Assembly (NCBI RefSeq): GCF_003334255.1
Contig: NZ_QOWU01000026.1
DNA: 63,217 bases
Direction: 5' to 3' (one strand)
Origin: Escherichia coli
GTDB taxonomy: Bacteria > Pseudomonadota > Gammaproteobacteria > Enterobacterales > Enterobacteriaceae
In this document: piece after piece, positions 1-13,234 of the stretch
How the letters are laid out: each line of letters starts with the position of its first letter
Numbering within the stretch: position 1 is the first letter of the stretch
Program-made: the position numbers and the translations under genes
The notes under the pieces: generated by a model
What the model saw: only the letters and a program-made list of their open reading frames with translations
The model's database searches: none
Told to the model about the DNA's origin: nothing

Positions 1-76
1 ACGCGAGGCATCGTCTTAACGAGGCACCGAGGCGTCGCATTCTTCAGATGGTTCAACCCTTAAGTTAGCGCTTATG
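1..76 (+). mobile_element. IS186 right end (partial, cut by window edge)
   Basis: Sequence ends ...GGTTCAACCCTTAAGTTAGCGCTTATG at pos 76, which I recognise as the IS186 terminal inverted repeat. It is followed by GGGAATTATCCCC, a G-run/spacer/C-run target of the kind IS186 prefers. Confidence 0.8.
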
Positions 77-107
77 GGAATTATCCCCGGCTTTTTTATG
101 TATGGTC

Positions 108-1310
108 TTACAGCACCAGTGCTGCGATTGACGCAGACAGCACACTCACCAGGGTAGAGCCGTAAACCAGCTTCAGACCGAAGCGAGAAACCACGTTACC
201 TTGCTCTTCATTCAGGCCTTTAACTGCACCTGCGATAATCCCGATTGAAGAGAAGTTAGCGAAGGAAACCAGGAACACAGAGATGATGCCTTCAGCACGC
301 GGAGAGAGCGTGGAAGCAATTTTCTGCAGATCCATCATCGCAACGAACTCGTTGGAAACCAGTTTGGTCGCCATGATACTGCCCACTTGCAGTGCTTCAC
401 TGGAAGGAACACCCATCACCCATGCAATCGGATAGAAGATGTAGCCCAGGATGCCCTGGAAGGAGATGCTGTAGCCAAACCAGCCAGTAACGGTGGCAAA
501 CAGTGCGTTCAGCGCGGCGATCAGGGCGATAAAGCCAATCAGCATCGCGGCAACGATAATGGCAACTTTGAAACCTGCCAGAATGTATTCACCCAGCATT
601 TCGAAGAAGCTCTGACCTTCGTGCAGGTTGGACATCTGGATGTTTTCTTCACTGGCATCAACACGGTAAGGATTGATCAGCGACAGCACGATAAAGGTGC
701 TGAACATGTTCAGTACCAGCGCAGCAACGACGTATTTCGGTTCCAGCATGGTCATGTATGCACCAACGATGGACATCGACACGGTGGACATTGCCGTGGC
801 AGCCATGGTGTACATACGATTACGGGAGATTTTGCCGAGGATATCTTTATAGGCAATAAAGTTTTCAGACTGACCCAGAATCAGGGAGCTGACGGCGTTA
901 AAGGATTCCAGTTTGCCCATGCCGTTGACTTTGGAGAGCAGGAAACCAATTGCGCGGATGATCACCGGCAACACGCGAATGTGCTGGAGAATACCGATCA
1001 GTGCAGAGATAAAGACGATTGGGCACAGCACTTTCAGGAAGAAGAATGCCAGGCCTTGATCATTCATGCTACCAAAGACGAAGTTAGTCCCTTCGTTGGC
1101 AAATCCGAGCAGTTTTTCGAACATTTCGGAGAAGCCTTTCACGAAGCCTAAACCAACGTCGGAGTTCAGGAAGAACCACGCCAGTAACACTTCGATAACA
1201 AGCAGTTGAATAACATAACGGATACGAATTTTTTTGCGGTCGCTACTTACCAGCAGTGCGAGAATCGCAACAACGGCAAGTGCCAGTACAAAATGAAGGA
1301 CGCGGTCCAT
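108..1310 (-). CDS. nupC: nucleoside:H+ symporter NupC (400 aa)
   Basis: ORF track 108..1349. Start moved to the internal ATG giving [14 protein letters not shown].... Polytopic membrane protein recognised as E. coli NupC. The 387..1151 plus-strand ORF is antisense noise. Confidence 0.95.
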
Positions 1311-1577
1311 ATTTGCTCCAAATATGAGGCAGGTTAAATTTCCGTGCACATTCTATGTAACATGGTTAAGGAAAACGAGATCTGACACACACTATAATGA
1401 CGTCCTGTGACAGGCTTCAAAAATAGTGATCTGTCATACATTTCTGCTATGTTGTGTATGGAAGCTGAAAGTTATGTAAATGTGCTAACATTAAACATAA
1501 CCATAACATTCAAGTCATCAATCTTTTCGTAGTCATAATCCTGGTCTATCAGAGAAATCACCACAATCCATTTAAAT

Positions 1578-1596
1578 GAATTTGATAATCATTCTC
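1578..1596 (+). promoter_or_regulatory. Fur box in mntH promoter
   Basis: GAATTTGATAATCATTCTC resembles the GATAATGATAATCATTATC Fur consensus and lies about 50 nt upstream of mntH. Confidence 0.6.
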
Positions 1597-1611
1597 GTTT
1601 GGCATAGCATG

Positions 1612-1633
1612 AAACATAGCAAAGGCTATGTTT
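1612..1633 (+). promoter_or_regulatory. MntR operator in mntH promoter
   Basis: Perfect inverted repeat AAACATAGC-aaag-GCTATGTTT immediately upstream of the mntH start. It matches the described MntR box. Confidence 0.7.
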
Positions 1634-1636
1634 TAG

Positions 1637-2884
<1,248 letters not shown>

Positions 2885-2889
2885 TTGAA

Positions 2890-3003
<114 letters not shown>

Positions 3004-3024
3004 GTGCTCCATTGGCGGACGCGT

Positions 3025-3351
3025 TTAATGGCGGTGCCCATGACCCCGGCCTTTTCCGCGATGATCGTCACGATCGCGCCAGCCTTCACGATAGCCACGC
3101 TCATACGCTTTACGCTTATCCCAGCCACGGTGGTAGCCATTATCATGACGCCACCAACGGTTTTTGCGCCACTCATAATTGCGATGCCAGTAGTCACGGT
3201 CGCGCCAGTGACCACCGTCCCAGTAATTACCGTAATGATCGCGATCGCCAATTTGTAATTTGATTGATGGCAGTAGGGTGATTTCACCTGCGTTTGCTGC
3301 AAGCGGGGTAAATGCCATCAGGGCGGCCGCCAGAAACAGTGACCTGAACAT
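3025..3351 (-). CDS. ypeC: DUF2502 periplasmic protein YpeC
   Basis: 108-aa ORF with signal peptide [21 protein letters not shown] and an R/D/W/H-rich mature part. K-12 synteny. Confidence 0.85.
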
Positions 3352-3465
3352 TGTTATTCTCCTTCACGCTCGAAGCCGTCAGCGGCCTGTTAACGCAATA
3401 TTACGGGGAGGTAAAGCCCCGTATCATCGCCATAACTCTTAAATCATAAAGGAGAGCATTTTTTG

Positions 3466-4722
3466 CTAAACGTTATCGTGGGGTGGCTGTTGCTTCGGAC
3501 GATTGACCATCATCATCGGCTTACCTGCTAATAACAGCCATGCCGGAAGCATGACGATACAGAGCAGCGGTAGCAATGTGGTATTGGGTACAACGACTGC
3601 CGCCATAAAAAGACTTAACCAGCCATCGCGTGTTACCACCAGCACGATGCCGAGAATAGCGCAAGAAACGGTTATTGCCGCTGGTACGGCGGGAACGTGC
3701 TCATGCAGCATCAACCCTAATGCCACGCCGACAAACACTGCCGGGAAGATTCGCCCACCGCGAAAGCCACTGGCGGCAGCAACGACCAGGGCGGCAAGTT
3801 TAATTACCGCCAGCAAAAAGTAATCGCTGGTGCTGAAAGCCTGATTTGCCACCATCTGCTGCATCTCATCCAGCCCTTTAAACAGCGAAACTGGTCCACC
3901 AATAACCCCCAGAATACCGAGAATAAATCCGCCAATACCCAGCACGAGCACCGGATTTTTCATTTGATGCATCATCGCGTGCAACCGTGGTAAGCACCAT
4001 ACGGCGACCATCCCTGCTGCGATGGCAATCGCCGCGACAATTGCACCGCTGAGAATATCGGTCATTTCCATCTGTCCGTAATGAGCAATGGGCAGTGAAA
4101 AATGAGGATGGAAAAATAATCCGGTAGTAAGTGCACCAGCTGCTGCCGCCATTAACGGCGCAAAGAGACGATCCCATAGCGGAACTTCACTACTGCCATT
4201 TAAGGTTTGCGAAAATATCAACGCCGCCGCAACAGGAGTGCCAAACAGTGCGCCGATGGTTCCGGCAGAGGCTAAAATAGTCCACTCCATTCGGTTGACG
4301 CGCGGTAACAGACGAGCGCCAATGGCAACCGCAAGGGCGATATTGACGGTCATGATCGGATGTTCCGGCCCCAGGCTGACGCCGCCAGCAAGACCGAGAA
4401 TTAATGCTACGATAAGTCCAGGTAGCGCAGAGGGCGGAACCGGTGCGCCGATCAGCGGTTCACAGGCGGGGTCTGGTCCGGCATGACCCTGGCTGAAACG
4501 GATAACCAACCCCACCGCAATACCCGTTAGCGTTAATACACCGATGATCCAGAGGGGTGAATCCTGGGCTATCCCCAGAGTTCCCGGCAGTCGTTGCCAG
4601 AGCAAATTCTGTAATACCGAGGCGATTTTCATCACCACAATCAGAATAAGACTGGACGCAATCCCAATTGCCACGGCGGGGAGCGATAATAACAACATGG
4701 TTCTGGCTCGCGGATGGAGCAT
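3466..4722 (-). CDS. yfeO: ClC-like ion-transport protein YfeO
   Basis: 418-aa polytopic membrane ORF in K-12 synteny between ypeC and glk. Confidence 0.9.
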
Positions 4723-4925
4723 GTTCTATTCCTTATGCGGGGTCAGATACTTAGTTTGCCCAGCTTGCAAAAAGGCATCGCTGCAATTGGTGCTGAAACG
4801 ATAAAGTAATTGTGTGACCCAGATCGATATTTACAGGGAGCCTGCCTTTCCGGCGTTGTTGTTATGCCCCCAGGTATTTACAGTGTGAGAAAGAATTATT
4901 TTGACTTTAGCGGAGCAGTTGAAGA

Positions 4926-5891
4926 ATGACAAAGTATGCATTAGTCGGTGATGTGGGCGGCACCAACGCACGTCTTGCTCTGTGTGATATTGCCAGTGGT
5001 GAAATCTCGCAGGCTAAGACCTATTCAGGGCTTGATTACCCCAGCCTCGAAGCGGTCATTCGCGTTTATCTTGAAGAACATAAGGTCGAGGTGAAAGACG
5101 GCTGTATTGCCATCGCTTGCCCAATTACCGGTGACTGGGTGGCGATGACCAACCATACCTGGGCGTTCTCAATTGCCGAAATGAAAAAGAATCTCGGTTT
5201 TAGCCATCTGGAAATTATTAACGATTTTACCGCTGTATCGATGGCGATCCCGATGCTGAAAAAAGAGCATCTGATTCAGTTTGGTGGCGCAGAACCGGTC
5301 GAAGGTAAGCCTATTGCGGTTTACGGTGCCGGAACGGGGCTTGGGGTTGCGCATCTGGTCCATGTCGATAAGCGTTGGGTAAGCTTGCCAGGCGAAGGCG
5401 GTCACGTTGATTTTGCGCCGAATAGTGAAGAAGAGGCCATTATCCTCGAAATATTGCGTGCGGAAATTGGTCATGTTTCGGCGGAGCGCGTGCTTTCTGG
5501 CCCTGGGCTGGTGAATTTGTATCGCGCAATTGTGAAAGCTGACAACCGCCTGCCAGAAAATCTCAAGCCAAAAGATATTACCGAACGCGCGCTGGCTGAC
5601 AGCTGCACCGATTGCCGCCGCGCATTGTCGCTGTTTTGCGTCATTATGGGCCGTTTTGGCGGCAATCTGGCGCTCAATCTCGGGACATTTGGCGGCGTGT
5701 TTATTGCGGGCGGTATCGTGCCGCGCTTCCTTGAGTTCTTCAAAGCCTCCGGTTTCCGTGCCGCATTTGAAGATAAAGGGCGCTTTAAAGAATATGTCCA
5801 TGATATTCCGGTGTATCTCATCGTCCATGACAATCCGGGCCTTCTCGGTTCCGGTGCACATTTACGCCAGACCTTAGGTCACATTCTGTAA
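4926..5891 (+). CDS. glk: glucokinase
   Basis: 321 aa, [19 protein letters not shown] (ROK-like ATP-binding motif). Recognised as E. coli Glk. Confidence 0.97.
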   Translation: MTKYALVGDVGGTNARLALCDIASGEISQAKTYSGLDYPSLEAVIRVYLEEHKVEVKDGCIAIACPITGDWVAMTNHTWAFSIAEMKKNLGFSHLEIINDFTAVSMAIPMLKKEHLIQFGGAEPVEGKPIAVYGAGTGLGVAHLVHVDKRWVSLPGEGGHVDFAPNSEEEAIILEILRAEIGHVSAERVLSGPGLVNLYRAIVKADNRLPENLKPKDITERALADSCTDCRRALSLFCVIMGRFGGNLALNLGTFGGVFIAGGIVPRFLEFFKASGFRAAFEDKGRFKEYVHDIPVYLIVHDNPGLLGSGAHLRQTLGHIL

Positions 5892-5904
5892 ATCCTTCCT
5901 TTTA

Positions 5905-5936
5905 TATCGGGAGGTAACTCTCCCGATAATCTTTTA
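5905..5936 (+). terminator. glk intrinsic terminator
   Basis: TATCGGGAG-gtaact-CTCCCGATA hairpin followed by a T-rich tract. Confidence 0.7.
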
Positions 5937-6109
5937 AATCATACAGTTTATTCAATTTTTCTTTGTGTCCCCTCACAAGGTCGACCTGCGTCACACTTCC
6001 GTACAGCGGGATTAATTCTCCAGTAAATGCATTATTTGTCTGGTAACGGCGATTTGTTTTGCACGTTCATAATTTCACTCGTCAACTATCACTGAACGAG
6101 GAATTAACG

Positions 6110-6436
6110 ATGAGTAAGAAACTGATTGCCTTATGTGCCTGCCCGATGGGCCTGGCTCACACCTTTATGGCCGCTCAGGCGCTGGAAGAAGCGGCGGTAG
6201 AAGCCGGTTATGAAGTGAAAATTGAAACCCAGGGCGCGGACGGTATCCAGAATCGCCTGACGGCGCAGGATATCGCCGAAGCGACCATCATCATCCACTC
6301 CGTGGCAGTTACCCCGGAAGATAACGAACGTTTCGAATCACGCGACGTTTATGAAATCACTTTGCAGGACGCAATTAAAAACGCTGCGGGCATCATCAAA
6401 GAAATCGAAGAGATGATTGCCTCTGAACAACAGTAA
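6110..6436 (+). CDS. fryB: PTS fructose-like IIB component FryB (108 aa)
   Basis: ORF track 6059..6436. Internal ATG gives MSKKLIALCACPMGLAHTFMAA (IIB cysteine motif). Confidence 0.9.
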   Translation: MSKKLIALCACPMGLAHTFMAAQALEEAAVEAGYEVKIETQGADGIQNRLTAQDIAEATIIIHSVAVTPEDNERFESRDVYEITLQDAIKNAAGIIKEIEEMIASEQQ

Positions 6437-6457
6437 TATTCGACAGGGATAATTGTT

Positions 6458-7705
6458 ATGGCCATTAAAAAACGCAGTGCAACCGTTGTGCCTGGCGCAT
6501 CCGGTGCGGCAGCGGCAGTTAAGAATCCGCAGGCCTCTAAAACCAGCTTCTGGGGTGAACTCCCGCAGCATGTGATGTCAGGGATTTCACGCATGGTGCC
6601 GACCTTAATTATGGGCGGTGTGATCCTCGCTTTCAGCCAGCTGATTGCTTATAGCTGGCTTAAAATTCCTGCTGAGATCGGCATCATGGATGCTCTTAAT
6701 AGCGGGAAATTCTCCGGTTTCGACCTCTCCTTACTTAAATTTGCCTGGCTGTCGCAGTCCTTCGGCGGCGTGTTGTTTGGTTTTGCCATTCCGATGTTTG
6801 CTGCTTTTGTGGCGAACTCTATCGGTGGCAAACTGGCGTTCCCGGCTGGTTTTATCGGCGGGTTGATGTCTACCCAGCCGACGCAACTGCTGAACTTCGA
6901 TCCCAGCACTATGCAATGGGCGACCTCTTCGCCGGTGCCGTCCACCTTCATTGGTGCGCTGATTATTTCTATCGTTGCCGGTTACCTTGTGAAGTGGATG
7001 AACCAGAAAATCCAGTTACCGGATTTCCTGTTAGCGTTCAAAACCACATTTTTGCTCCCGATTCTTTCCGCCATTTTTGTCATGCTGGCGATGTACTACG
7101 TCATCACCCCCTTTGGTGGCTGGATCAACGGCGGTATCCGTACTGTGCTGACTGCCGCAGGTGAGAAGGGCGCGCTGATGTACGCAATGGGGATCGCCGC
7201 GGCGACAGCAATCGACCTTGGTGGCCCGATCAACAAAGCCGCAGGTTTTGTTGCCTTCAGCTTTACCACTGACCACGTATTACCGGTCACCGCTCGTTCT
7301 ATCGCTATCGTTATTCCGCCGATTGGTCTGGGGCTGGCGACCATTATCGACCGTCGTTTAACCGGCAAACGCCTGTTCAACGCTCAACTTTATCCGCAGG
7401 GTAAGACCGCCATGTTCCTGGCGTTTATGGGGATCAGTGAGGGTGCGATTCCGTTTGCGCTGGAAAGCCCCATCACCGCCATTCCGTCGTATATGGTCGG
7501 CGCTATTGTCGGCTCAACCGCCGCTGTCTGGCTGGGCGCAGTGCAATGGTTCCCGGAGTCCGCTATCTGGGCATGGCCGCTGGTCACTAACCTGGGCGTC
7601 TATATGGCGGGGATCGCGCTGGGGGCAGTCATAACTGCGCTGATGGTGGTGTTCCTGCGTCTGATGATGTTCCGTAAAGGCAAATTGTTAATCGATAGCC
7701 TGTAA
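6458..7705 (+). CDS. fryC: PTS fructose-like IIC component FryC
   Basis: 415-aa polytopic ORF in K-12 synteny. Confidence 0.9.
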   Translation: MAIKKRSATVVPGASGAAAAVKNPQASKTSFWGELPQHVMSGISRMVPTLIMGGVILAFSQLIAYSWLKIPAEIGIMDALNSGKFSGFDLSLLKFAWLSQSFGGVLFGFAIPMFAAFVANSIGGKLAFPAGFIGGLMSTQPTQLLNFDPSTMQWATSSPVPSTFIGALIISIVAGYLVKWMNQKIQLPDFLLAFKTTFLLPILSAIFVMLAMYYVITPFGGWINGGIRTVLTAAGEKGALMYAMGIAAATAIDLGGPINKAAGFVAFSFTTDHVLPVTARSIAIVIPPIGLGLATIIDRRLTGKRLFNAQLYPQGKTAMFLAFMGISEGAIPFALESPITAIPSYMVGAIVGSTAAVWLGAVQWFPESAIWAWPLVTNLGVYMAGIALGAVITALMVVFLRLMMFRKGKLLIDSL

Positions 7706-7719
7706 GAAGGAAAATCCAG

Positions 7720-8805
7720 ATGACATTACTCGCTTCGCTGCGCGACTGGCTTAAGGCGCAACAACTGGATGCAGTGCTTCTCTCCTCACGGCAGAACAAA
7801 CAGCCGCATCTGGGGATCTCCACCGGATCAGGTTATGTGGTGATTAGCCGTGAAAGTGCGCACATTCTGGTGGATTCGCGCTATTACGTTGAGGTGGAAG
7901 CCCGTGCGCAAGGCTACCAGCTGCATTTGCTTGACGCGACGAACACGCTTACCACTATCGTCAATCAAATCATTGCCGATGAACAGTTGCAAACGCTCGG
8001 TTTTGAGGGCCAGCAGGTGAGTTGGGAAACCGCGCACCGCTGGCAGTCTGAACTCAATGCGAAACTGGTTAGCGCCACGCCGGATGTGCTGCGGCAAATC
8101 AAAACGCCAGAGGAGGTGGAGAAAATCCGCCTCGCCTGTGGGATTGCTGATCGCGGTGCAGAGCATATTCGCCGCTTTATTCAGGCGGGGATGAGCGAGC
8201 GCGAGATAGCCGCTGAACTGGAGTGGTTTATGCGCCAGCAGGGCGCAGAAAAAGCCTCTTTTGACACCATTGTCGCCAGTGGCTGGCGTGGGGCGCTGCC
8301 GCACGGCAAAGCCAGCGACAAGATTGTTGCAGCGGGCGAGTTTGTCACTCTCGATTTCGGTGCGCTGTATCAGGGCTACTGCTCTGATATGACGCGCACC
8401 TTGCTGGTGAATGGCGAAGGGGTGAGCGCCGAATCTCACCCGCTGTTTAACGTCTATCAAATTGTCCTGCAGGCACAGCTCGCAGCAATCTCCGCGATTC
8501 GCCCCGGCGTGCGCTGCCAGCAGGTTGACGATGCCGCGCGCCGGGTCATTACAGAAGCAGGTTATGGCGACTATTTCGGTCATAACACCGGTCACGCTAT
8601 CGGCATTGAAGTTCATGAAGATCCGCGTTTTTCACCGCGGGACACCACGACGCTACAGCCAGGCATGTTACTGACCGTGGAGCCGGGGATTTATTTGCCA
8701 GGGCAAGGGGGCGTGCGCATCGAAGATGTTGTGCTGGTTACCCCGCAAGGCGCAGAAGTGCTCTACGCCATGCCGAAAACAGTGTTGCTCACGGGAGAGG
8801 CATAA
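7720..8805 (+). CDS. ypdF: Xaa-Pro aminopeptidase (M24) YpdF
   Basis: 361 aa with M24 metal-ligand blocks ([38 protein letters not shown]). Confidence 0.92.
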   Translation: MTLLASLRDWLKAQQLDAVLLSSRQNKQPHLGISTGSGYVVISRESAHILVDSRYYVEVEARAQGYQLHLLDATNTLTTIVNQIIADEQLQTLGFEGQQVSWETAHRWQSELNAKLVSATPDVLRQIKTPEEVEKIRLACGIADRGAEHIRRFIQAGMSEREIAAELEWFMRQQGAEKASFDTIVASGWRGALPHGKASDKIVAAGEFVTLDFGALYQGYCSDMTRTLLVNGEGVSAESHPLFNVYQIVLQAQLAAISAIRPGVRCQQVDDAARRVITEAGYGDYFGHNTGHAIGIEVHEDPRFSPRDTTTLQPGMLLTVEPGIYLPGQGGVRIEDVVLVTPQGAEVLYAMPKTVLLTGEA

Positions 8806-9842
8806 TGGATTTATCGCTATTAAAAGCGTTGAGCGAGGCAGATGCGATCGCCTCCTCGGAACAGGAAGTGCGGCAGATCCTGCTGGAAGAAGCGGATCGC
8901 CTGCAAAAAGAAGTGCGATTTGATGGTCTGGGATCGGTGCTGATCCGCCTGAATGAATCGACAGGTCCGAAGGTGATGATCTGTGCGCATATGGACGAAG
9001 TGGGATTTATGGTGCGCAGCATCTCCCGCGAAGGGGCGATTGATGTGCTGCCGGTTGGCAACGTACGCATGGCTGCCCGCCAGCTGCAGCCGGTGCGCAT
9101 CACCACCCGTGAAGAGTGCAAAATTCCAGGCCTGCTTGACGGCGACCGGCAGGGGAATGACGTCAGCGCCATGCGCGTGGACATTGGTGCGCGCTCCTAT
9201 GACGAAGTGATGCAGGCGGGAATTCGTCCCGGCGATCGCGTCACGTTTGATACCACTTTTCAGGTTCTCCCTCACCAGCGAGTGATGGGGAAAGCCTTTG
9301 ATGACCGCCTCGGTTGCTATCTGCTGGTGACGTTACTGCGCGAACTGCACGACGCCGAACTACCTGCGGAAGTGTGGCTGGTGGCAAGTTCCAGCGAAGA
9401 GGTGGGATTACGCGGCGGGCAAACTGCCACCCGCGCGGTGTCGCCGGACGTCGCCATTGTGCTTGATACCGCCTGCTGGGCGAAAAACTTTGATTATGGC
9501 GCGGCTAACCATCGCCAGATTGGTAACGGGCCGATGCTGGTGTTAAGCGACAAGTCGCTGATTGCGCCGCCAAAACTTACCGCCTGGGTCGAAACCGTGG
9601 CGGCAGAAATTGGCGTGCCGTTGCAGGCAGATATGTTCAGCAACGGCGGCACGGACGGCGGGGCGGTGCACTTAACCGGCACCGGCGTGCCCACAGTGGT
9701 GATGGGGCCAGCAACCCGCCATGGACATTGCGCCGCATCGATTGCCGATTGCCGCGACATTTTGCAGATGCAGCAACTTTTATCTGCCCTTATTCAACGT
9801 CTTACGCGTGAGACGGTTGTTCAACTGACGGATTTCAGATGA
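8805..9842 (+). CDS. ypdE: M42 aminopeptidase YpdE
   Basis: 345 aa, [11 protein letters not shown] motif of M42 peptidases. Start overlaps the ypdF stop. Confidence 0.92.
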   Translation: MDLSLLKALSEADAIASSEQEVRQILLEEADRLQKEVRFDGLGSVLIRLNESTGPKVMICAHMDEVGFMVRSISREGAIDVLPVGNVRMAARQLQPVRITTREECKIPGLLDGDRQGNDVSAMRVDIGARSYDEVMQAGIRPGDRVTFDTTFQVLPHQRVMGKAFDDRLGCYLLVTLLRELHDAELPAEVWLVASSSEEVGLRGGQTATRAVSPDVAIVLDTACWAKNFDYGAANHRQIGNGPMLVLSDKSLIAPPKLTAWVETVAAEIGVPLQADMFSNGGTDGGAVHLTGTGVPTVVMGPATRHGHCAASIADCRDILQMQQLLSALIQRLTRETVVQLTDFR

Positions 9843-9866
9843 TCTCCTGATTAACCCGGAGCGGTT

Positions 9867-12362
9867 ATGTTAACGATTCAATTTCTCTGTCCTTTGCCTA
9901 ACGGTCTACATGCTCGTCCGGCGTGGGAACTTAAAGAACAGTGCAGCCAGTGGCAAAGCGAAATCACTTTTATTAACCATCGCCAGAACGCAAAGGCAGA
10001 TGCGAAAAGCTCGCTGGCGCTGATTGGCACCGGCACCCTATTTAATGACAGTTGCAGCCTGAACATTAGCGGCAGCGATGAAGAGCAGGCGCGGCGCGTG
10101 CTGGAAGAGTACATCCAGGTGCGCTTTATCGACAGCGACAGCGTTCAGCCTACGCAGGCAGAACTGACGGCGCATCCGCTGCCGCGTTCATTAAGCCGCC
10201 TTAACCCGGATTTACTGTACGGCAATGTGCTGGCAAGCGGCGTCGGCGTGGGTACGCTGACCCTGTTACAAAGCGACAGCCTCGACAGTTATCGGGCAAT
10301 CCCCGCCAGTGCGCAAGATTCCACCCGGCTGGAGCACAGCCTGGCAACGCTTGCCGAGCAACTGAACCAGCAATTGCGTGAGCGTGACGGCGAAAGCAAA
10401 ACTATCCTCAGCGCCCATTTGTCGCTGATTCAGGATGATGAATTTGCAGGCAATATCCGTCGCCTGATGACAGAACAGCATCAGGGGCTGGGGGCGGCGA
10501 TCATCAGCAATATGGAGCAGGTTTGCGCCAAACTTTCTGCCTCTGCCAGCGATTATCTGCGCGAACGTGTTAGCGACATTCGCGATATCAGCGAACAGTT
10601 GCTGCATATCACCTGGCCGGAACTGAAGCCGCGCAACAAGCTGGTGCTTGAAAAACCGACCATTCTGGTGGCTGAAGATTTAACCCCAAGCCAGTTTTTG
10701 AGCCTTGATTTGAAAAATCTTGCGGGCATGATTCTGGAGAAAACCGGGCGCACCTCGCATACACTGATTCTGGCCCGTGCCTCGGCGATCCCGGTACTGA
10801 GTGGCTTGCCGCTGGATGCGATTGCCCGTTATGCCGGGCAACCTGCAGTGCTTGACGCCCAGTGCGGCGTGCTGGCGATTAACCCGAATGACGCGGTGAG
10901 CGGTTATTATCAGGTCGCGCAGACGCTGGCGGATAAACGCCAAAAACAACAGGCGCAGGCTGCCGCGCAGCTGGCCTATTCCCGTGATAACAAGCGTATT
11001 GATATTGCGGCGAATATCGGCACCGCTCTGGAAGCGCCAGGCGCGTTTGCCAACGGCGCGGAAGGTGTCGGGCTGTTCCGTACCGAAATGCTCTATATGG
11101 ATCGCGACAGCGCGCCGGACGAGCAGGAGCAATTTGAAGCCTACCAGCAGGTGCTACTGGCGGCGGGCGACAAGCCGATTATCTTCCGCACGATGGACAT
11201 CGGCGGCGATAAAAGCATTCCTTATCTGAATATTCCCCAGGAAGAGAACCCGTTCCTCGGCTATCGCGCGGTACGTATTTACCCGGAATTTGCTGGCCTG
11301 TTCCGCACTCAACTGCGGGCCATTTTGCGCGCCGCCAGTTTCGGCAACGCCCAGTTGATGATCCCGATGGTTCACAGCCTCGATCAGATCTTATGGGTGA
11401 AAGGCGAGATCCAAAAAGCGATCGTTGAGCTTAAGCGCGATGGCCTGCGTCATGCAGAGACGATTACGCTTGGGATCATGGTGGAAGTTCCGTCGGTGTG
11501 CTACATCATCGACCACTTCTGCGATGAGGTCGATTTCTTCAGTATCGGCTCCAACGATATGACCCAGTATCTGTATGCGGTCGATCGTAATAACCCGCGC
11601 GTATCGCCGCTATATAACCCGATTACGCCATCGTTCCTGCGCATGTTGCAGCAAATAGTTACCACTGCGCATCAGCGGGGCAAATGGGTAGGCATTTGCG
11701 GTGAACTGGGCGGTGAAAGCCGTTATCTGCCGCTACTGCTTGGGCTGGGCCTGGATGAGCTGAGTATGAGTAGCCCGCGTATTCCGGCGGTGAAAAGCCA
11801 GCTTCGTCAACTGGATAGCGAGGCGTGTCGGGAACTGGCGCGTCAGGCATGTGAATGCCGCAGTGCGCAGGAAATTGAAGCGTTACTCACCGCCTTTACG
11901 CCGGAAGAAGACGTTCGCCCACTGCTGGCGCTGGAGAATATCTTTGTTGATCAGGATTTTAGCAATAAAGAGCAGGCGATCCAGTTCCTGTGCGGCAACC
12001 TCGGCGTTAACGGGCGCACTGAACATCCGTTTGAGCTGGAAGAAGATGTCTGGCAGCGGGAAGAGATTGTTACCACCGGCGTTGGTTTTGGCGTAGCGAT
12101 CCCGCACACCAAATCTCAGTGGATCCGTCATTCCAGTATCAGCATTGCCCGGCTGGCGAAACCGATTGGCTGGCAGTCAGAAATGGGCGAAGTCGAACTG
12201 GTGATCATGCTGACGCTGGGTGCTAACGAAGGGATGAATCATGTGAAAGTCTTCTCGCAGCTGGCGCGTAAACTGGTGAATAAAAACTTCCGCCAGTCGT
12301 TGTTTGCCGCGCAAGATGCACAAAGTATCCTGACGCTGCTGGAAACAGAATTAACCTTCTGA
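9867..12362 (+). CDS. fryA: PTS multiphosphoryl transfer protein FryA (HPr-EI-IIA fusion)
   Basis: 831 aa. N-terminal HPr-like GLHARPA, central enzyme I (GRTSHTLILARA, SIGSNDMTQY), C-terminal IIA(Fru)-like domain. Confidence 0.93.
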   Translation: MLTIQFLCPLPNGLHARPAWELKEQCSQWQSEITFINHRQNAKADAKSSLALIGTGTLFNDSCSLNISGSDEEQARRVLEEYIQVRFIDSDSVQPTQAELTAHPLPRSLSRLNPDLLYGNVLASGVGVGTLTLLQSDSLDSYRAIPASAQDSTRLEHSLATLAEQLNQQLRERDGESKTILSAHLSLIQDDEFAGNIRRLMTEQHQGLGAAIISNMEQVCAKLSASASDYLRERVSDIRDISEQLLHITWPELKPRNKLVLEKPTILVAEDLTPSQFLSLDLKNLAGMILEKTGRTSHTLILARASAIPVLSGLPLDAIARYAGQPAVLDAQCGVLAINPNDAVSGYYQVAQTLADKRQKQQAQAAAQLAYSRDNKRIDIAANIGTALEAPGAFANGAEGVGLFRTEMLYMDRDSAPDEQEQFEAYQQVLLAAGDKPIIFRTMDIGGDKSIPYLNIPQEENPFLGYRAVRIYPEFAGLFRTQLRAILRAASFGNAQLMIPMVHSLDQILWVKGEIQKAIVELKRDGLRHAETITLGIMVEVPSVCYIIDHFCDEVDFFSIGSNDMTQYLYAVDRNNPRVSPLYNPITPSFLRMLQQIVTTAHQRGKWVGICGELGGESRYLPLLLGLGLDELSMSSPRIPAVKSQLRQLDSEACRELARQACECRSAQEIEALLTAFTPEEDVRPLLALENIFVDQDFSNKEQAIQFLCGNLGVNGRTEHPFELEEDVWQREEIVTTGVGFGVAIPHTKSQWIRHSSISIARLAKPIGWQSEMGEVELVIMLTLGANEGMNHVKVFSQLARKLVNKNFRQSLFAAQDAQSILTLLETELTF

Positions 12363-12364
12363 CG

Positions 12365-13222
12365 TTAGCCCTGAAAACGGGCGCTGTACTCTCCCGGCGT
12401 CAGACCAAACTGACGCCGGAAAACGCGACAAAAATAGTCGCTATCCGGAAAACCGCAACGCTGTGCCACTTCATGAATTGACAGATGATATTTCTGCAAA
12501 ATCATCCTCGCCTTCGCCATTCGCACCCAACGCACATACTCGATAAAACGCATCGTTCCATGCTGAGCAAACAGTTTTGACAGATGATTGGGCGTGATAT
12601 TAAAAAACTGCGCCACGCTCTCGCGGGTGAGCGGCTGGGCATAATTATCCTGAACCCAGTTACAAATGCTGTGATAGAGAAAATCGCCGCGCGGCTGCGA
12701 ATTGCCCGGCGGCATATTCACCACGCTACGGCAAAGATGCAGCAAACTTAACACCAGCGGCTGAATGATATTTTGCTCCAGCGGCGAACGGCTAAGATGG
12801 GTGAGGGCGGTAAGCATCGCTTCACCTTCACCGCGTTGCAGGCTGGGAAGCTGGATCTGGCGAGCAGGATGCAACAACGACGTGGTGCGGCTATCGTAAA
12901 ACGATAACCCAAGCCAGGTCGGAGCGAACACCAGGCTTAACAGCATCACCGGTTTGTTGTTGACCGGTAAATTAGCCGCGCGCGCCGGAATAAACAGCAT
13001 TTCTCCTTCCACCAAACGTTGCTGCTTTGCTTCCAGCAGATTGCCGTATTCGCCGCGCAGCACGATATCCAGACGGGGAAAATCAATACATAAACTGCCC
13101 ACCGGCAACGAGGCAGGCTGGCTGGCAAACCAGACGCGCCCCAGTAGTTGCGGGTTAAGCACCAGGCCGCTGAACAGATCGGCGAAAAATTGTTGATCGG
13201 CGGGCAAGCCTGGTGCTTTCAT
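12365..13222 (-). CDS. ypdC: AraC-family regulator YpdC
   Basis: 285 aa with a C-terminal AraC HTH (GFPDSDYFCRVFRRQFGLTPGEY). Confidence 0.92.
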   Translation of the reverse strand: MKAPGLPADQQFFADLFSGLVLNPQLLGRVWFASQPASLPVGSLCIDFPRLDIVLRGEYGNLLEAKQQRLVEGEMLFIPARAANLPVNNKPVMLLSLVFAPTWLGLSFYDSRTTSLLHPARQIQLPSLQRGEGEAMLTALTHLSRSPLEQNIIQPLVLSLLHLCRSVVNMPPGNSQPRGDFLYHSICNWVQDNYAQPLTRESVAQFFNITPNHLSKLFAQHGTMRFIEYVRWVRMAKARMILQKYHLSIHEVAQRCGFPDSDYFCRVFRRQFGLTPGEYSARFQG

Positions 13223-13234
13223 GAAAGTTCCCGA

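Noticed and set aside
387-1151. 254-aa plus-strand ORF inside nupC, and many similar long antisense ORFs inside core genes (for example 5169..5861, 7828..8616, 10680..11132, 17784..18455, 34227..34631).
   Set aside because: They lie entirely antisense to well-recognised genes, have odd amino-acid composition (R/H/Q/G-rich) and no RBS context. They are typical shadow ORFs of GC-rich coding DNA.
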